A DNA stretch of 64,000 nt from Squalus acanthias (lineage: Eukaryota), in contig CM059432.1 of assembly GCA_030390025.1 (NCBI GenBank), positions 141,114,001-141,178,000 on the forward strand. The letters run 5' to 3'. Shown in pieces: positions 61,873 to 64,000 of the stretch. The notes beneath the pieces are model-generated. The model searched no databases, was not told where the DNA came from, and saw nothing but the letters and a program-made list of their open reading frames with translations. Each line of letters begins with the position of its first letter. Positions within the stretch are counted from its first letter, which is position 1. A program made the translations under genes and the position numbers.

Positions 61873-64000
61873 ATTGAAACTGGACTTGAAAGAAATAAAG
61901 TGATCACATTTTATTTAAAACATTTCATTATAGGAAAATGATTTCGGATTGATTTGCAAGTGACACCATTATTCCACAAATTGCTTTATATTTTGAGTTT
62001 GATAGCTCCAGTTCAGAGTTGAACTGCCAACCAAAGGATTCAAATTTCTCAATTGCCTTTCAGGCCAACTATGCTGTATAGAAAAGTTCCATCCTGTCCG
62101 GCTTGGGTAGCCAGATAAGGAATTGCGCATTTAGAGTGCTGGCACCTCACGGAATACAGGAAGGCAAAAGTGCACAGAACTCTTCATGCTCCTCCATAGT
62201 GCAAACCAGTTAGGGCATCATGGATTGTGATGGTAGCGAAGTCTATGAACCATAACATATTGCCCAACCAGCTGATAGATTGCAGTGGGGAATCTGACGA
62301 GCATAAATGAGAGGACAATCTAAAGTAAATACACGGATTAGTATCTCTAATATGTTTAATTTGCTAGTGATTTAGGACAATACCAATTTGCCTCAACGAT
62401 TTGCTTCTCTGGTAGCTTTCAAAAATCAAACTTCTTTTTCAAAACCTGTTGCCATGTTATTAGTATATTTACAAATTGTGTTTCAGATCCTGCCCTTAAG
62501 CAGGAAATATTCTTTCGCCCTCCACTTCAGAAGAAAATAGATGAATGAAAAAATTATCTGAATCAATTTAAATGTCTACACAAGAACCAATCTTAATGCT
62601 TCAGCTTGCTTTTTCATCAAATTCCAAGCCATGTTTAGTATGTAGGGAAAACTCCTCAATTGCTGTCATTAGCTCAATAACCTTTAACAATTTGTAGGCT
62701 TGGCACCTAACTGGTACTATTGACACTTGCCAAGTTTCATTCACAAATTTCAATGTTACAGAATATCTTGTGCTCGAGAACTTTTATCAGCAGACTTAAT
62801 GTTTGACTTTTTCAATCCACATCGCTCAGTGATGAATGGTATCAAAGGCGCACCAACATTGCTAATGTCTGCCAAGTCTAGCCTGAAAACTCATTATTCC
62901 AGCTTTTTCTACTTTTAACATTTTTTTTCTTGCAGTTGACTCTTGACTTTTAATGTAGCACATTCGGAATGAATAGGCTTTAAAGGACACCAACACAGAA
63001 CTCTGCTCAAAAAGGTCCAACATTTTCAATGCTAGCTTTGTCCACGCACAGACAATGGTTGCATTTGCTCACACTGTCTCCTTATGTGAGCAAAATAATA
63101 AATTGGACTTATTGTCATAACAAATTATCGATCCGTGAGACGTTTCCAGTTCACGGCGTGCCAAAGTTTCAAGCTGAGATTAATATAAAACCATCTGTTC
63201 AGAGCTAGGGATCAACATTCCGCTCTTTTGTATCGTTGCATACTTCCAAGGTGTTTTCGTCAGCCTTAACATCGGCCAAAATTTTAGGTTCAGACGTGTT
63301 GTTTTGTTTGCTTTTGCTAAGATTCTGGACCGTAGGGGTTGATGAGCAGGTAACAGAGAGAAGGTCAAAAGTCAATTTGCCTCACTAATAAAACAGAATT
63401 GTATTGGGTTGATTGAATTTTCTTTTTTAATCTGTCTTCAAGATGTTTATGATGGCAGCTGCCATGCACTGCATGAATGAGCAGAAAACGTTCACAGCCT
63501 TTCCCATTTTATTTAAAGGTTTGGCCATTATAAGGTCGTCAGTCAGGAACAAGCCTTCAATGTTCAATGTTTAAAAAAAAGCTTTACGGTTCTTGAAAAC
63601 ACTTTGCAGAACATAGATTTATTTAATGTCTTTTTTTATATAATAGCTATTGGGCACTGAACACGACCAGATGTTTACATCATTTGAGAATGCCATTCAG
63701 AATGTTTTTACTGGCCATAACTTGTTCAGTTTAGAGCTGAAGTTCACAGCAAGTTATTTTGTTTGAAAGCTGATTCTCGTGGCTTTTTTTCGATGAATAA
63801 ATCCAACCAGACATGTCTGTATGGTAACCTATCCAGCCCGCTCCCACTGCACACAGGGACACGAACCATAAACAGCAAAAAAATACCACAAAACAAAACT
63901 TTGTGACGTACACATTAAAAATGTTTATGCAGGCTATCTTAGGTGTCCTGGGCCAGCATTCATCCCTCAACGAACATCACTCAAAAGCACTGACGGAGGT

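Overview
Vertebrate genomic DNA, almost certainly a shark/elasmobranch (inferred from the Deu-domain SINEs, abundant CR1/L2/RTE LINEs and Penelope-like repeats). It holds the last five coding exons of MRPL13 (mitochondrial ribosomal protein uL13m) on the + strand: 742-835, 1398-1458, 6503-6589, 16900-17021 and 58847-58871. All have GT-AG boundaries and splice in frame. The last intron is 41.8 kb. The rest is mostly transposon-derived, and nearly all ORFs in the supplied track are spurious or LINE fragments. Most notable: (1) several Penelope-like remnants carry minimal hammerhead-ribozyme motifs of two sequence families, with the complete motifs in MRPL13 sense orientation, often as fold-back palindromes flanked by 12-16 bp direct repeats; (2) a possible intronic-polyadenylation isoform of MRPL13 that skips the giant intron and loses only 7 residues; (3) a family of GG-ended TIR elements, one with four consecutive near-perfect hairpins; (4) a perfect DR1/AP-1 motif cluster beside a CpG-rich hairpin region upstream of the last exon. 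All identifications are by eye, with no database search or folding run, and repeat boundaries are approximate.
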